Shown here: positions 1 to 12,714 of the stretch, one piece after another
Layout of the letters: every line of letters begins with the position of its first letter
Numbering within the stretch: position 1 is the first letter of the stretch
Assembly (NCBI RefSeq): GCF_963921235.1
Contig: NC_086108.1
Location: forward strand, 88,538,001 to 88,602,000
Reading direction: 5' to 3'
DNA: 64,000 bases
DNA from: Mobula hypostoma
Taxonomy: Eukaryota
The notes under the pieces: model-generated
What the model was told of the DNA's origin: nothing
Database searches by the model: none
What the model saw: only the letters and a program-made list of their open reading frames with translations
Made by a program: the position numbers and the translations under genes

Positions 1-132
1 CACAGTTAAGGGGTTGAGCTTGAGAATCATCTGTAATGAATTTGCCAAGTGGAGTTCTCAAAGAGGACCAAGCATCTCGAGCTTCCAGCAAAAATCCTTT
101 AAAGGTTTCACTTGAATTGCTTTTCAATGTCA
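1..132 (-). CDS. FRRS1: FRRS1-like coding exon 2 (reeler domain); continues beyond window edge
   Basis: Acceptor TTTTTTTTAAG at 134-133, phase 1. Translates (V)TLKSNSSETFKGFLLEARDAWSSLRTPLGKFITDDSQAQPLNC, matching the reeler motif VTL...FKGFLLEAR...P.G.F of FRRS1. Could be a reeler-only paralog. Confidence 0.85.
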
Positions 133-984
133 CTTAAAAAAAAGTGCAGAATTCAGCATTAATTGAAGTTAGATGCTTCAATGTTTTAAGATGGATACCA
201 GATTTCAGTAGGAAAAACCATACATAGTAAAATTTGCAAAATGTTCCAAATAATAAAATGTACAAAGGTCAAACAAAGCACATGATGCAAAACTCCATGC
301 CCTTCCCTTGCAGATTTCCAACTTTAAAATTCTTGAGAGTACAGTGCAAAGGACCAAGTCTCTCAGCACCTGGTTTCTTCTCTTCCCCCCCCCCACCCCA
401 CCCCTATCGCACAAAAGGGACAGCTTTACTGGAATGGAAAGCTCCTGACCAAACATGCATTAAAAAATTCTCTCTGGAATAGAGTTTTTGCACAGTTTCA
501 TAACAAAGGAAGTCTCACTTCCACCATAGATATAATGTCTTCTTTTAAAAAAAATCACAGCAACATAATGGCATTTTACAAAACAAGTCTCTGCAGGAAA
601 CAAAAAGATAGATAGAACATAAACAATTTTGGAAATACTGGAGTCTGGCAACAACAATGGAGGAGAAACAGTTAACGTTTCAGATCAATCATTATTCAGA
701 AATAAGAAAACAAACAGGTTATATCACAGAGAAAGAAAAGCAAACCAAAAAGAATGGCATGATACTTTGGGGATGAAAAATTAGTTACAGGATTTGTAGC
801 ACCTGACATTACTTTCTCCCCAAAGCGGATAGGTAAAACTAATCAAGGGCACTACTAAATTACAAGTGTCACTGGACAAATATAGTCCCTATGAAGGGAC
901 CCAACGACATTCATTGTGAGGTACTGAGCGTCCCAGGTATGGATCAAACAGAAAATACACATCCGATCCATTGACACAAGAAGT

Positions 985-1110
985 ACTGCAGTTGCTGGAA
1001 AGCTGGAACAATACACACAAACTGCTGAGGAAGCTCATCAGGTCAGGCAGCATTGACAGATGGCAGTAAACAATCAATGTTTCAGCCCAAGACCCTTCAT
1101 CAGGACTGGT
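985..1110 (-). repeat. Penelope-derived short repeat with a decayed hammerhead (1071-1108)
   Basis: Reverse complement CAGTC-CTGATGA-AGGGTCTTGGGCT-GAAACATTGATTG, followed by the GCTGCCTGACCTG tail shared with 29120-29160. Confidence 0.7.
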
Positions 1111-1349
1111 CCTTTGTTTCAATTTGGGGCAAACTCTCACTTTTTGTTTAATTAATAGTACTCTAAAACGAGTATTTTTCCTATATTGGAGGGAAATGTT
1201 GGTGAAGGTGGGGTACACAGCAACAATTGATTTTTGCTCATTAACAATATGGGGCATATGTGGGGTGGGGTTCAGGGTAGTTTGAAATAGAATTCCTACA
1301 CATCTCATCTATTTCCTGCATCTCAGCTTTAATACATTCGCCTGAACAG

Positions 1350-2030
1350 CAGGAACAAATTTCCTCTGCTCCTTGCCTTCCACCCCATCAGCATCTACGT
1401 TCAACAGATTATACTTTGCAATTCTTGCCGGCTCCAATAAGATTCCACCACCAGCTACACATTCCTCTCCTTTTTCCAGAGAGTCACATCAGCAGAATTA
1501 CAAAAGGATTCACTCATTTTGACTCCCTGATTCACTCTTCTGTCCCCACTTACTTGTCCTTTTGTAAGGCACTTCCCCATGCAGATGCTGGAGTTATAAT
1601 ACCACAGTTTTCACTTCACTCATTTTCAGTCTTTTTATTCCCCCAGCTAAAGCAGCATTTCACTTGCACTTCTTATGGTCTAGTGTCCTGTAGTCTCGAG
1701 AAATCAAATGCAGATTGGACGTTTGCTTTGCAAGACATCTATGTGCACAGTCTGCACGCATAGCTACTATGTTCTCCCGCTGCTTCTCTCATCGCAATCT
1801 ATGCACCATGCTTTCCCCCATGAGGTGGTACCTGCTGTACTTGTCCCAGTTGCTAAAATTTCACCAGACCTGCTACCATGTTAATTCACCTTCATGCTCC
1901 ATTTCTGACCTCAGTCTGTCTCCTGTCCACTTACAGTGAGGCCCAAGGCAGCTTGAGAAGCAATACCTCATCTTCCATCTGGGCACGTTGCAGCCTACCA
2001 CACTTCATACCAAATTCTTCAATGTTAAAT
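1350..2030 (+). mobile_element. Old, heavily decayed Penelope RT-end/GIY-YIG fragment
   Basis: Similar to 28140-28750 (TTCCACCCCATCAGC, CATTTCACTTGCACTTC, GAGAAGCAATACCTCATCTTCCATCTGGG). Confidence 0.65.
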
Positions 2031-2666
2031 AACACTTTTTGTCAAGGTAGGCCAAATTTCCCTGCCCTTTTCTGTTTACTTGTATCATCTGGCCTATTCG
2101 GTGTATTTCAGTAGACCAGACCTCACAATATTACATGGATTATAACGGCCGTAACAGCCACATCATTCCAGCCCATCACAGCTATTCCCCTTGTTTCACT
2201 AATTAGCCACCTCCGATCTCTGCTATCTAGGTTAGCCATTTCCTCTCCTTGGTTGGGATGGTATGAAAAGACAGCAATGCTGCATGACATGTTGAATGCT
2301 TCCGATTTTTTTTTGTTGCCGTTTTTATTTCACTCTGACATTTGGCAAAAATATACAGTCAAAAAAAAAAGGCTGGGCACTATTGCTTGAGACAGATAGC
2401 TGAAGGGTTATTACCTGTGGATACAAATGGATGAAAACCACACACTCCTCCAGGCTTCCATCTTTATCAAATGAGACATGCCCCGAGATAAACCTTTCAC
2501 TCCATAAACTGCCATTTTATAAAATCATAGCAAAAAGCTTCAAATTATTTGCACTCCAAAAGGGAAAAGTAGTTAACTTGTAACAAAAAGTGACCAGATA
2601 TGCAGTACATAAAACTTAATTGCACAAGTTTCATCTGCAGTTTAGATACATTCACTCATGGGGTAC

Positions 2667-2865
2667 CTTGAATCGTATCTCCTGGATTAAAGGTGGTATT
2701 GCTTGCAATGACTTGATATGGAGCAACAGATGTCTGTGCAGTGCTCTTATGGTTGGGAACCATAGTTTCACAGACACTTTCAACTTTTCCATTTGAATAC
2801 CCAGAAACATCCACCAGGAAGAAGGAAGTAATAAAAAGCACCACAAAACGAGTACGGCCTCCCAT
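2667..2865 (-). CDS. FRRS1: FRRS1-like first coding exon (signal peptide + start of reeler domain), 199 nt
   Basis: Acceptor TTTCTCTCCTGGCAG immediately precedes ATG (2865-2863). Encodes MGGRTRFVVLFITSFFLVDVSGYSNGKVESVCETMVPNHKSTAQTSVAPYQVIASNTTFNPGDTIQ, similar to FRRS1 Y.NGKV..SC..M.P.H...TF.PGD.I. Phase-1 GT donor at 2666 joins in frame to the exon at 132. Confidence 0.88.
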
Positions 2866-3959
2866 CTGCCAGGAGAGAAAAATAATGTTAGCCAATTCTG
2901 ACCTGCTACCACCCAAAAAAGAATTTATTTTCACCACAGGGTTAAGAGTACACAAATATTAAAAGCTGCAAGGTACTCAGACGAGGAAATACCAGGACAG
3001 CTCAATTTATTTGAGTGTTAGCCAAAAGCAGGATTACAAAATGATTTTCTGTATTTAACAACAGCTATTGTAATGCTTCACAGTAATTAAACACTGCCTG
3101 GATTTCCATCATGCTAATGTATTATTACCAAATCAGAAACAGTAATTGCAGACACTGTATATACCCACATTGCAATGAATTGTCAGCAAACACCAAGACT
3201 AGAGTACGTGGCAATCTGCGAAGAACCCATACAGTCCAAATAAAAATCAATTGAAGCCAGGAATATTAAAATTTATGTTTATTTCTAATTGAGATTTTTG
3301 TATTTAACCAGGCTCAAAAAGGTAAGAGAAGCTATGAAAAGAACCAATCTTTCTTAAAAATTGTAGGTAAAATTCCTGGCAGTTCCAATTATAACTAATA
3401 CTTGAGTTGCAATTGATGGGAACCCAAGCTGCCATAAAACCACTATGAAACACAAGTGCAACACATACAAAATGGTGGAAGAACTCAGCAAGTCAAAAGG
3501 AATCTATGGAGGGATACAAGCAGACACCGTCAAGCCAAGAGCATTCATCAGGACTGTAAAGGAAAGATGCAGAAGCTAGAAAAAGGTAGGGCAAGGGGAA
3601 AGACTACAAGCTAGCAGGTGATACACAAGACCAGGTGAGGAGAAAGATGAGTGGGTGCAGAGAAGGGAGGAAGCAAGAAGTGATAGGTTGAAGAGGTAAA
3701 GGGCTGAAGAAGAAAAAAATCTAACAGTAGAAGACAGTGGACTATGGAAGAGGAGAGGAATCAGAGGGAGGCAATGGGTAGGTAAGTAGAGAAGGGGTGA
3801 ACATAGAACAGTACAGGCCCTTCGGCCCACAATGTTGTGCTGACCCTCAAACTCTGCCTCCCATATAACCGCCCCACCTTAAATTCCTCCATATACCTGT
3901 CTAGTAGTGAGAGGGTAACCAGAACAGGGAATGCAAGAGAGAAGGGCAGAGGGTGGTTT

Positions 3960-6900
3960 GATCAATGCCTTATAAGACTTCAGCATTACTTTTATAGATT
4001 CAAATACTCTTGAAATGAATGCCAACATTGCATTTGCTTTACTTACTAAAGACTCAATCTGCAAATTGGCCTACAGGGATTCCCAACTCCCTTTGCATTT
4101 CCAATCTCTGAATTCACTCCCCATTTAGAAAATAGTCTACAGCTTTATTACTTCTACTAAAGAGCATGACCATGCACTTCTCTACACCATGTTCCATCAG
4201 CCAAATTTTTGCCCATTCTCCTAACCTGTTCAAATCCTTCTGCAAACTCACTGCTTCCTCAACACTACCTGCCCCTCTACCTATCTTCGTATAATCTGAA
4301 AACTTGGCCATAAAGCCATCAATTCTGTTATCCAAATCATTGACATTGAACATAGAAATCTACAGCACGTTACAGGCCCTTCGGCCCCCAATGTTGTGCC
4401 GACCATGTAACCTACTATAGAAACTACTAGAATTTCCCTACTGCAAACCCCTCTATTTTTCCAAGCTCCATATGCCTATCTAAAGGCCCTATTGTACTAC
4501 TCTACCACCGTCGCTGGCAGTGCATTCCATGCACCCATCACCATGTGAAAAACTTGCCTACAACATCTCCCCTGTACCCACTTCCAAACACCTTCAAACT
4601 ACACCCCCCATGTTAGCCGTTTCAGCCCTGGGAAAAAAAAAGCCTCTGGCTATCCACATGATCAATGCTCCTCATCATCTTATATACCTCTATTAGGTCA
4701 CCTCTCATCTTCTGCCACTCCAAGGAGAAAAGGCCAAGTTCACACAACCTATTCTCACAAGGCATGCTCTCCAATCCAGGCAACAGCCTTGTAAACCTCC
4801 TCTGCAGTCTCTATAGTATCCACATCCTTCTTGTAGTGAGGTGACCAGAACTGAACACAGTACTCCAAGTGGGGTCTGACCAAGGTCTTATATAGCTGTA
4901 ACATTAGCTCACAGCTCTTGAACTCAATCCCACAGTTGATTAAAGCCAACACACTATTCACCTTCTTAACAACACTGTCAACCTGCGCAGCAGCTTTGAG
5001 TGTCCTATGGACACAAACCTCAAGATCTCTCAAATCCTCCACACTGCTAAGAGTCTTACTTTATTATATTGTCATCAAATTTGACCTACCAAAATGAACC
5101 ACTTCATACTTATCTGGGTTAAACTCCATCTGCCACTTCTCAGCCAGTTCTACATCCTATCAATATCCCACTGTAACTTCACAAAGAGGAGGGGTCCCAG
5201 AGCAGATCCCTATGGAACACCACTGGTCACTGAACTCCATGCAGAATACGAACCATCTAAAACCAGCCTTTGCTTTCTGTGGGCAAGCCAGTTCTGGAAA
5301 CACAAAGCAAGGACTCCTTGGATCTCATGCCTCCTTACTTTCTGAATGAGCCTTGCATGGGGAACCTTATCAAATGCCTTATTGAAATCCATATACACTA
5401 CATCCACTGCTCTACCTTCACTGTGTTTTGTTACATCCTCAACAAATTCAATCAGGTTGGTAAGGCATGACCTGCCCTTGACAAAGCCATGCTGACTATC
5501 CCTAATCAGATTAGGTCTCTCAATGCTCATAAATCCTGCCTCTCAGGATCTTCTCCAACAACTTGCCCACTACTGAAGTAAGAGTCACTAGTCTATAATC
5601 TGCTCGGCCATCTCTACCCCCTTTCTTGAACAAGGAAACAATACTTGCACCTTCCAATCCTCTGGTACTTCTCCTGTCCCTATTGATGACGCAAAGATTA
5701 TCGCTTCCCACAGTAGTCTGGAGTAAATCTCATTTGGAACCAATGGCTTATCTAACTTAATGCTTTACAAAAGCTCCAGCACATCCTCTTTCTTAATGTC
5801 TATATGCTCAAATGCTCCAGTCTGCTGCAAGTCATCCCCACAATTGCCAAGGTAATTTTCCCAGGTAATTACTGAAGCAAAGTATTCATTAAGCACCTCC
5901 ACTACCTCCCCCAACTCCATGCACACATTTCCCCTATCGTTCCTGATTGGTCTTATTCTCACACGGCTCATCCTCTTGCTCTTCACACACTTATAGAAGG
6001 CCTTGGGGTTTTCCTTAATCCTGCTCACCAAGGCCCTCTCATGGCCCCTTCTAACACTCTTAGTTTCATTCTTAAGATCCTTCCTGACAACCCTATAGTT
6101 TTCTGGAGCTCTAACAGTATCTAGTTTCTTGAACCTTTTGTAAGCTTTTCTTCTTAACTAGATTTCCAAATCCTTTGTACACCATGGTTCTTTTACACTG
6201 CCATCCTTTCTCTGCCTCAATGGAGCATACCTATGCAGAACGCCATGCAAATGTTCCCTGACTATTTGCCACATTTCTGCCATACATTTCCCTGCGAACA
6301 TCTGCTTCTAATTTATGCTCCCAAGTTTCTGCCTAACAGCATATTTCCCCCTACCCCAATTAAATATTTTCCCAAATTGTCTGCTCCTATCCCCCTCCAG
6401 TGCTATCGTGAAGGAGATAAAGTTGTAATCACTACCTCCAAAATGCACTCCCACCAAGAGATCTGACACCTGACCAGGTTCATTTCCCAATACCAGAACA
6501 AGTACAGTTTCTCCTCTGGATGGCTTATCTACATATTGCATCAGGAAACATTCCTGAACATACATAACAAACTGCACCCCACCTAACCCCTTTGCTCTAA
6601 GGAGATGGCAGACAATATTAGGGAAGTTAAGAATCACCCATCACAACAACCCTATTATTATTATTGCACCATTCAAGAATCTTCCTCTATCTGCTCCTCG
6701 ATGTCTCTGTTACTATTGGGGGGGGGGGGGTGGGTGTGGTCTATAAAATCACCTAGAGTTATTGCTCATTTCCTGTTTCCGACTTCCACTCACAATGACT
6801 CAGCTGACAATCCTTCCACGACTTACTCTCTTTCTGCAGCCATGTTATTTTCCCTGATTAGCAATGCCACACCCCCAACTTTGTGCTTTGCCTCCCTCCC

Positions 6901-7260
6901 TGTCCTTTTTGAACCAGCCAAAGCCCAGCACACTCAGCAGTCATTCCTGCTCCTGATTTGTTAGGCAAGATTACCCCTTGATGGAACCATGCTGACTTTG
7001 GTCTATTTTATCATGTACCTCCTATTTTATCAAGTACTCCGAAACCTCATCCTTAATAGTGGACTAACTTCTTGCCAACCACTAACTGGCCTATAACTTA
7101 CTTTATTTTGCCTCTCTTTAAGAAAGGAAGGAGGAGTGACATTTGCAGTTTTCCAGTCCTCTGAAATGATTCAAGAATCCAGTGAGTCTCAAAACAAAAA
7201 AAAACACCACTAATACCTTCACAATCTCTTCAGGTACCTCTTTCAGAACCCTTGGGTACA
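3960..7260 (-). mobile_element. Nested CR1 LINE fragments (copy 4350-6960 inside an older copy)
   Basis: SQHGFVKGRSCLTNL, DFNKAFDKVPH, SGVPQG, LYKTLVRPHLEYCVQFWSP motifs; 3' tail near 4350. Confidence 0.9.
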
Positions 7261-7291
7261 GAACATTTGCTTACCAGCAACCCCTGAAAAC

Positions 7292-8119
7292 TGTTACATA
7301 CCCCGTTGCCAAACCAGCAGAAATGGACCACTTAGTAGGAGTCTGGATTACTGGAACTAAGAAAGTTTTAATAAAGAAATAAGTAACACAGTACTCTAAT
7401 CGTAAGGATATAAATGCAACAGGTTAGCAATGATAAAACACACATGTACACAGAACTAGGATAATAGGAATCAATCAAGTTCTATCGCAGTCTAGGGGTA
7501 AAATGATCAGTCTCAAGTGACGTAGAGTTCAGTTCAGCTGAATACAGTTCGCAGTAATCGCTGTTGTGCCATTGGAGAGAGAGAGCGAGAGAGATAATAT
7601 GCAAATTCTGATTCACACAGACCTTCCTTCTTCGCAGTTAGCTTTCGGGCGAATCCTTTTATGTCTTCTGTGGTCACTGACTGTGACCCCTCCGTTCCGG
7701 ATACGACCGTTCTTCCGTGGTGAACCCGGCACCCAGGCAAGGGCGGACACACACACACCAGGTTCCCGCCGATCGTACCTTTTCACCCTGTGCGTTTATG
7801 GTTGGTCCCGCGACCAGACCTCCAAACTCCTACCAACTGGTGGGGGCACACCGCTTTTCCAGGTTCTCGTTATCTCATGATCTCATGGTGTCTGTCGTGC
7901 CTTAGCAAACCTGTTCCTTTTATCCCCCTGCTGAGGTATCGCCTGTCCATCAAACTTCAAACAGTTCAGGTTCAAAGCAACCGGTCTGTCAATACTCAGA
8001 ACTGTGACTCTTTTCGTTAATCTCTCTCCTCTCTCATTAACATTTTGAACGTTTCTCCATTTGTCTCTCTTATCTCTCTCATCAGCATCAATCTTCTGGT
8101 AACTTGGTTTTTCGTCACA
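7292..8119 (-). mobile_element. Solo LTR (828 bp) related to the 26463 LTR, in the presumed first intron of the FRRS1-like gene
   Basis: TGT...ACA termini; TSD AAAC (7288-7291 and 8120-8123); long blocks reverse-complementary to 26680-27296. Confidence 0.92.
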
Positions 8120-8379
8120 AAACTAATCAATAAACTTTAAGTCCTAGGGCTCCAAACATCCTTGTGCAATTGGATCCTTTATTTCCTCACTTGGAGACCC
8201 CAGTCAGGTTGGATTGGCAACAACATCTCCCCCACAATCACCATCAGCACAGGTGCACCACAGAGCTATGTATATAGCCCCCTGCTCGACTTGCTTTATA
8301 CTTATGACTTTAAGGCTAAGCACAGCTCCAATGAGATATTTAAGTCTGCTGATGACTCCACTGTTGCGAATCAAGCAGT

Positions 8380-8905
8380 TTTGAGCCCCTTATTGGGAGG
8401 AGGGATGTGCTGGCATTGGAGAGTGTCCAGAGGAGGTTCACCAGAATGATTCTGGGAATGAAAGAGTTAACCTACAAGGAGTTTGATGCCTGTAACCATT
8501 GGAGCTTAGAACAATGGGAGGGATAGAGAGGGATAATCTATTGAAACCTATTGAATATTGAAAAGTCTAGAGTGGACATGGATATTGCCAATAGTGGGGG
8601 AAACTAGGACAAGAGGAAACGTCCTCAGAATTGAAGGACATCCCTTTAGTATAGAGTTGCAGAGGAATTTCTTTAGACAGAGGTTAGTGAATCTGTGAAA
8701 TTCATTGCCACAGACAGTTGTGAAGGGCAAGTCATTGGGTACATTTAAAGTGGATGTTGATAGTTTCTTGATTAGTAAGGTCATCAAAGATTAGAGAGTA
8801 GGGAGGAGAATGGGTTGAGAGGGATAATAAAACAGCCATGATGGAATGGCAGAGCAGATTCAATGGGCTGAATGGCCCAATTCTACACTTCTGTCTTATG
8901 GTCTT
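8380..8905 (+). mobile_element. CR1 3' fragment
   Basis: CR1 ORF2 end and 3' UTR (GGGCTGAATGGCC...CTTATGGTCTT). Confidence 0.8.
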
Positions 8906-9049
8906 CAACCTTATTTCAACTCCCATTCAGTTTGATTAACCTTTCACCTTTCATATTCTCTCACCCTCCCTCATTGGAGATACCCCCTCCCCACTTCCAC
9001 TTTTCCCCCCATGTTCTCCACAGATACACACTTCCCAGTCCAGACACAT

Positions 9050-10110
9050 CCACCCTTTCTGTCGAATAGATGGTGCGAGGAAACTGGAGGTGCTCCCAGT
9101 TCCCAGGGGAAGGTGGAGTTAGCGATGTTTTCATACGAATAACCAAGACAGAAGTTCCTCCGTGAAAAACAACGAGAGTTATGGAATCGCTTGACACAAT
9201 CTACAAGAAACCTCGCACAAATATCCAACGTTATTTCATTCACAATTGACACTTCTCCTGCGGTATATATAATACAAACCGTGTAACTGGGGAAACAGAA
9301 CATCTTACCGGAAATCGGTGCACAATTAAAAGTTACTCTACCAGTTAAGCGATTAACTATTGTAAAGTATCGACCTGAAGCGAAAAGTACCCGTACAAAC
9401 ACAACATAGTTGGATCCCCTACCTTACGTTTCCTTCCAACACCGCATATACCACGTTACGTATAAAGCGAGCCTACAAGGTGCGCAAGTTATACAATGCT
9501 AGCTCCACCCACTGCTGACGTAAGGGATGTTTATGATAAACGAATCGTCATTTTCTCACAATTGTAATCCGATGTATTTGGCAGTCAGCGCTAAGAATGT
9601 TTCTCGATGGATTAAGTTATCCATTCTTAGCAGTGATTGCAATCTGTGTGCTTCTCGGCTCAAATGAGCATTTGCACGAGTCAGTGAAGTATTCCCCAGA
9701 ATGGTGCGTCCGTGTCCCATTGCGCGTCACGCCACTCAGTCCAAACAAAAAACAAGAAGAGTCGAACAACATCCAAGGCGAGAGAAACGAAGTCTTCGGG
9801 TCGCATCTCTGAAATACTGTAATCCCATAGTGTGTGTCGGAATACTGATGGCGCGGTGTTTTCATCAATTTAATTAATTAAAGTCCACCGGTGGCTGATC
9901 GACCGTAAATTGTTTCTACGTCCAATGTGCTTTGTTTTTGCTATTTTGCGCGTAGCTAGCATTTTTTTAAAATCAAGACAATACCATGGTGCAAAGACTA
10001 GCTATTCGCGCGGCATCTATGCGGATAACATTAACTGTAAGGGTCGAATAAAATATACAGTACTTGAAATATAATCACGCATTGATTCTGTCTCAGCAAA
10101 CGATCACGAA
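9050..10110 (-). promoter_or_regulatory. CpG-rich, repeat-free probable promoter and non-coding first exon of the FRRS1-like gene
   Basis: Visibly higher CpG density than the CpG-depleted surroundings. Minus-strand donor-like AAAC|GTAAGGTAGG near 9427; CRE-like TTACGTCA at about 9516-9523. The ATG exon starts at an acceptor, so an upstream UTR exon is required. Confidence 0.6.
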
Positions 10111-10182
10111 CCTGCTGATTATTTGCAACATTTTATTTCAGATTTCCAGTAGCTGTCATGTTCATTTAGAATGCCATTAAAT

Positions 10183-11225
10183 GAACATAGAGCATATCAA
10201 TTTACAGCCCATTACAGGCCCTTCAGCCCACAATGTTATGCTGACCATGTAACCTACTCTGGAGACTACCTAGAATTTCCCTACTGCATAGCCCTCTATT
10301 TTTCCAAGCTCCATGTACCTATCAAAGAGGCTCTTAAAAGACCCTATTGTATCCATTTCCACCACCACGGCCGGCACTGCATTTCACACACCCACCACTC
10401 TCTGTGTGAAAAACTTACTCCTGACATCACCTCGGTACCTGTTTCCAAGCACCTTAAAACTATGCCCACTTATGTTAGCTATTTCAACCCTGGGAAAAAG
10501 CCTCTGGCTATCCACACGATCAATGCCTCTCATCATCTTATACACTTCTATTAGGTCACCTCTCCTCCTCCGTTGCTCCAAGGAGAAAAGGCCAAGTTCA
10601 CTCAAACTGTTCTCATAAGGTACACCCTCTGTTCCAGGCAACATCCTTGTAAATCTCATCTGCACTCTCTCGATGGTATCCACATCCTTCTTGTAGTGAA
10701 GTGACCAGAACTGAACACAGCACTCCAAATGGGGTCTGACCAAGGTCTTATATAGCTGTAACATTACCTCACAGCTCTTGAGCTCAATCCCATGTTTGAT
10801 GAACACCAACACACCATACGCCTTCTTAACAACACTGTCAACCTGGACAGCAGCTTTGAGTGTCCTATTGATATGGACCCCAAGATCTCTCAGATCCTCC
10901 ACGCTGCCAAGAGTCTTTCCATTTATATTATATTCTGTCTTCAAATTGGACCTACCAAAATGAACCACTTCACACTTATCTGGGTTGAAGTCTGTCTGGC
11001 ACTTCTCAGCCCAGTTCTGCATCCTATTGATGTCCCACTGTAACCTCTGACAACTCTCTAGACTATCCACAACACCCTCAACCTTTGTGTCAACAGCAAA
11101 CTTCCTAACCCACCCTTCTACTTCTTCATCCAGATCATTTATAAATATCACCAAGAGAAGATCCCTGCGGATCACCACTCTTCACTGACCTCCATGCAGA
11201 ATACGAACCATCTACAACCACTCTT
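10183..11225 (-). mobile_element. CR1 LINE 3' part
   Basis: ORF 10384..11178: FINDLDEEVEG...LYKTLVRPHLE...RGDLIEVYK. Confidence 0.92.
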
Positions 11226-11304
11226 TTATATTTCAATAATATATTAATGTTTAATGTCTATTAATCTGCAGCATTAGCTATGTAATTCAAAATGTTTTTA
11301 ATCA

Positions 11305-11817
11305 TGTCATGTACCCTGTGATGGGAATAAAGAACCAGCAGAGATGGAAAACACTTTGGAGTCCAGTATTGCTATAAACTAATAATATTTATTAGTAATT
11401 ACGCATACAGTAATATAAATGCAAATAAATCACACAGGTTAGCAATGATTATATATCTAAGTAAGTATATCAGTAAGTGTGGAAATATATGTATGAAAAA
11501 AACACCGTACTGGGTGCCACCTGTCATTCAAATAACTCCTCCTTCCTCTCTGTGAAGAAATGCACAAGCAGGCGAACTGTCCTTGAAGTATCAACAACCT
11601 GCCTTTGGTCAGCATAGCAACTTCCGAGATGCTCGGTGCTGTCTCCATCTCCAATCCCAGTAGAAATCCAAAGTTACTTCCAGTGCCTCAAAGTGACAAT
11701 CCAACTGTTAATCTTTGTCTCCCTCCCTCTCTCTTACAAACAAGCTGCTAAATAACTCTCTCTCTCTCTCTCTTTACAAAAGCACAGTTAATAGGGGTAC
11801 TTCAGGAACCCCTCACA
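11305..11817 (-). mobile_element. Solo LTR (513 bp)
   Basis: TG...CA termini; TSD ATCA (11301-11304 and 11818-11821); terminal AACCAGCAGAGATGG block resembles the 7292 LTR. Confidence 0.85.
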
Positions 11818-12123
11818 ATCAGAAATCTTAAATCAGTTCACAACAGAAAAATAATGTTTGAAAACTGCAGATAATTGAATGGTTAACATGCCTTTATGAA
11901 ATTTGATATACCCAACTAAACTGGAGTAAGGAGAAAATTATTCCTTTAATTATAGTGCATCATTCAGTTGCGGAAAGTTAAATTGCATTGTCACCTCAGT
12001 TACTAACACAAGGTGTTATTTCGCAATGACAAAGCAAAAACTAAGCAAAATGTTTTCATACTTTTGTACTGCACAAAAATGTGCTTCCACCTTCAATGCT
12101 GACTGATGAAAGAACAATTCATA

Positions 12124-12660
12124 TTAGATTAGATTAGAAGGACACTCAGTCCTCGTTTATTGACATTTAGAAATGCATGCATTAAAAATGATACAATGTT
12201 CCTCCAGAATGATATCACAAGAAAAACAGGACAAACCAAGACTAAAACTGACAAAACCACATAATGATAACATATAGTTACAACAGTGCAAAGCAATACC
12301 ATAATTTGATAAAGAGCAGACCATGGGCACGGTAAAAAAAAGTCTCAAAATCCCAATCGACTCATCATCTAACGCAGGCGGCAGAAGGGAGAAACTCACC
12401 CTGCCATGAACCTCCAAGTGCCGACAACTTGCCGATGCATTGGAAGCACCCGCCGCAGCCGACTCTGAGTCTGTCCAAAAACTTCGCGCCTCCGACCAGC
12501 CCCTCCGAGCACCATCCTCTGCCGAGCGCTTCGACCCCCACCCCGGCCGCCAAACAACAAGCAAAGCCGAGAACTCGGGGCCTTCTCCTCCGGAGATTCT
12601 GGACCACACAGTAGCAGCAGCAGCGAAGCGGGCATTTCAGAATTTTCACCAGATGTTGCA
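12124..12660 (-). mobile_element. Rex1/L2-type element 3' end with (TCTAA)n tail
   Basis: TTAGA repeats with adjacent minus-strand AATAAA; non-coding; family inferred from tail style. Confidence 0.55.
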
Positions 12661-12714
12661 TTAGATACAGGACTGTTTTGAATCAGTGCACGGAACCATA
12701 TTCAGAGGTTTATT

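Noticed and set aside
2415..2515. Minus-strand ATG-to-CAG|GTAAT segment (MAVYGVKGLSRG...) resembling an alternative first exon
   Set aside because: The phase-2 donor is incompatible with the phase-1 acceptor at 132; no signal peptide or recognisable homology.
1..2865. SLC35A3, expected downstream of AGL from human synteny
   Set aside because: The exons found encode a signal peptide and reeler domain, not a nucleotide-sugar transporter.
9495..9525. Possible iron-responsive element (CAGTG) upstream of a ferric reductase-like gene
   Set aside because: The loop is CAGTGG rather than CAGWGH and the flanks do not pair into the IRE stem.
9597..9812. 71-aa plus-strand ORF with hydrophobic N-terminus in the CpG-rich region
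   Set aside because: No recognisable homology or splice support; short ORFs of this size are expected by chance.
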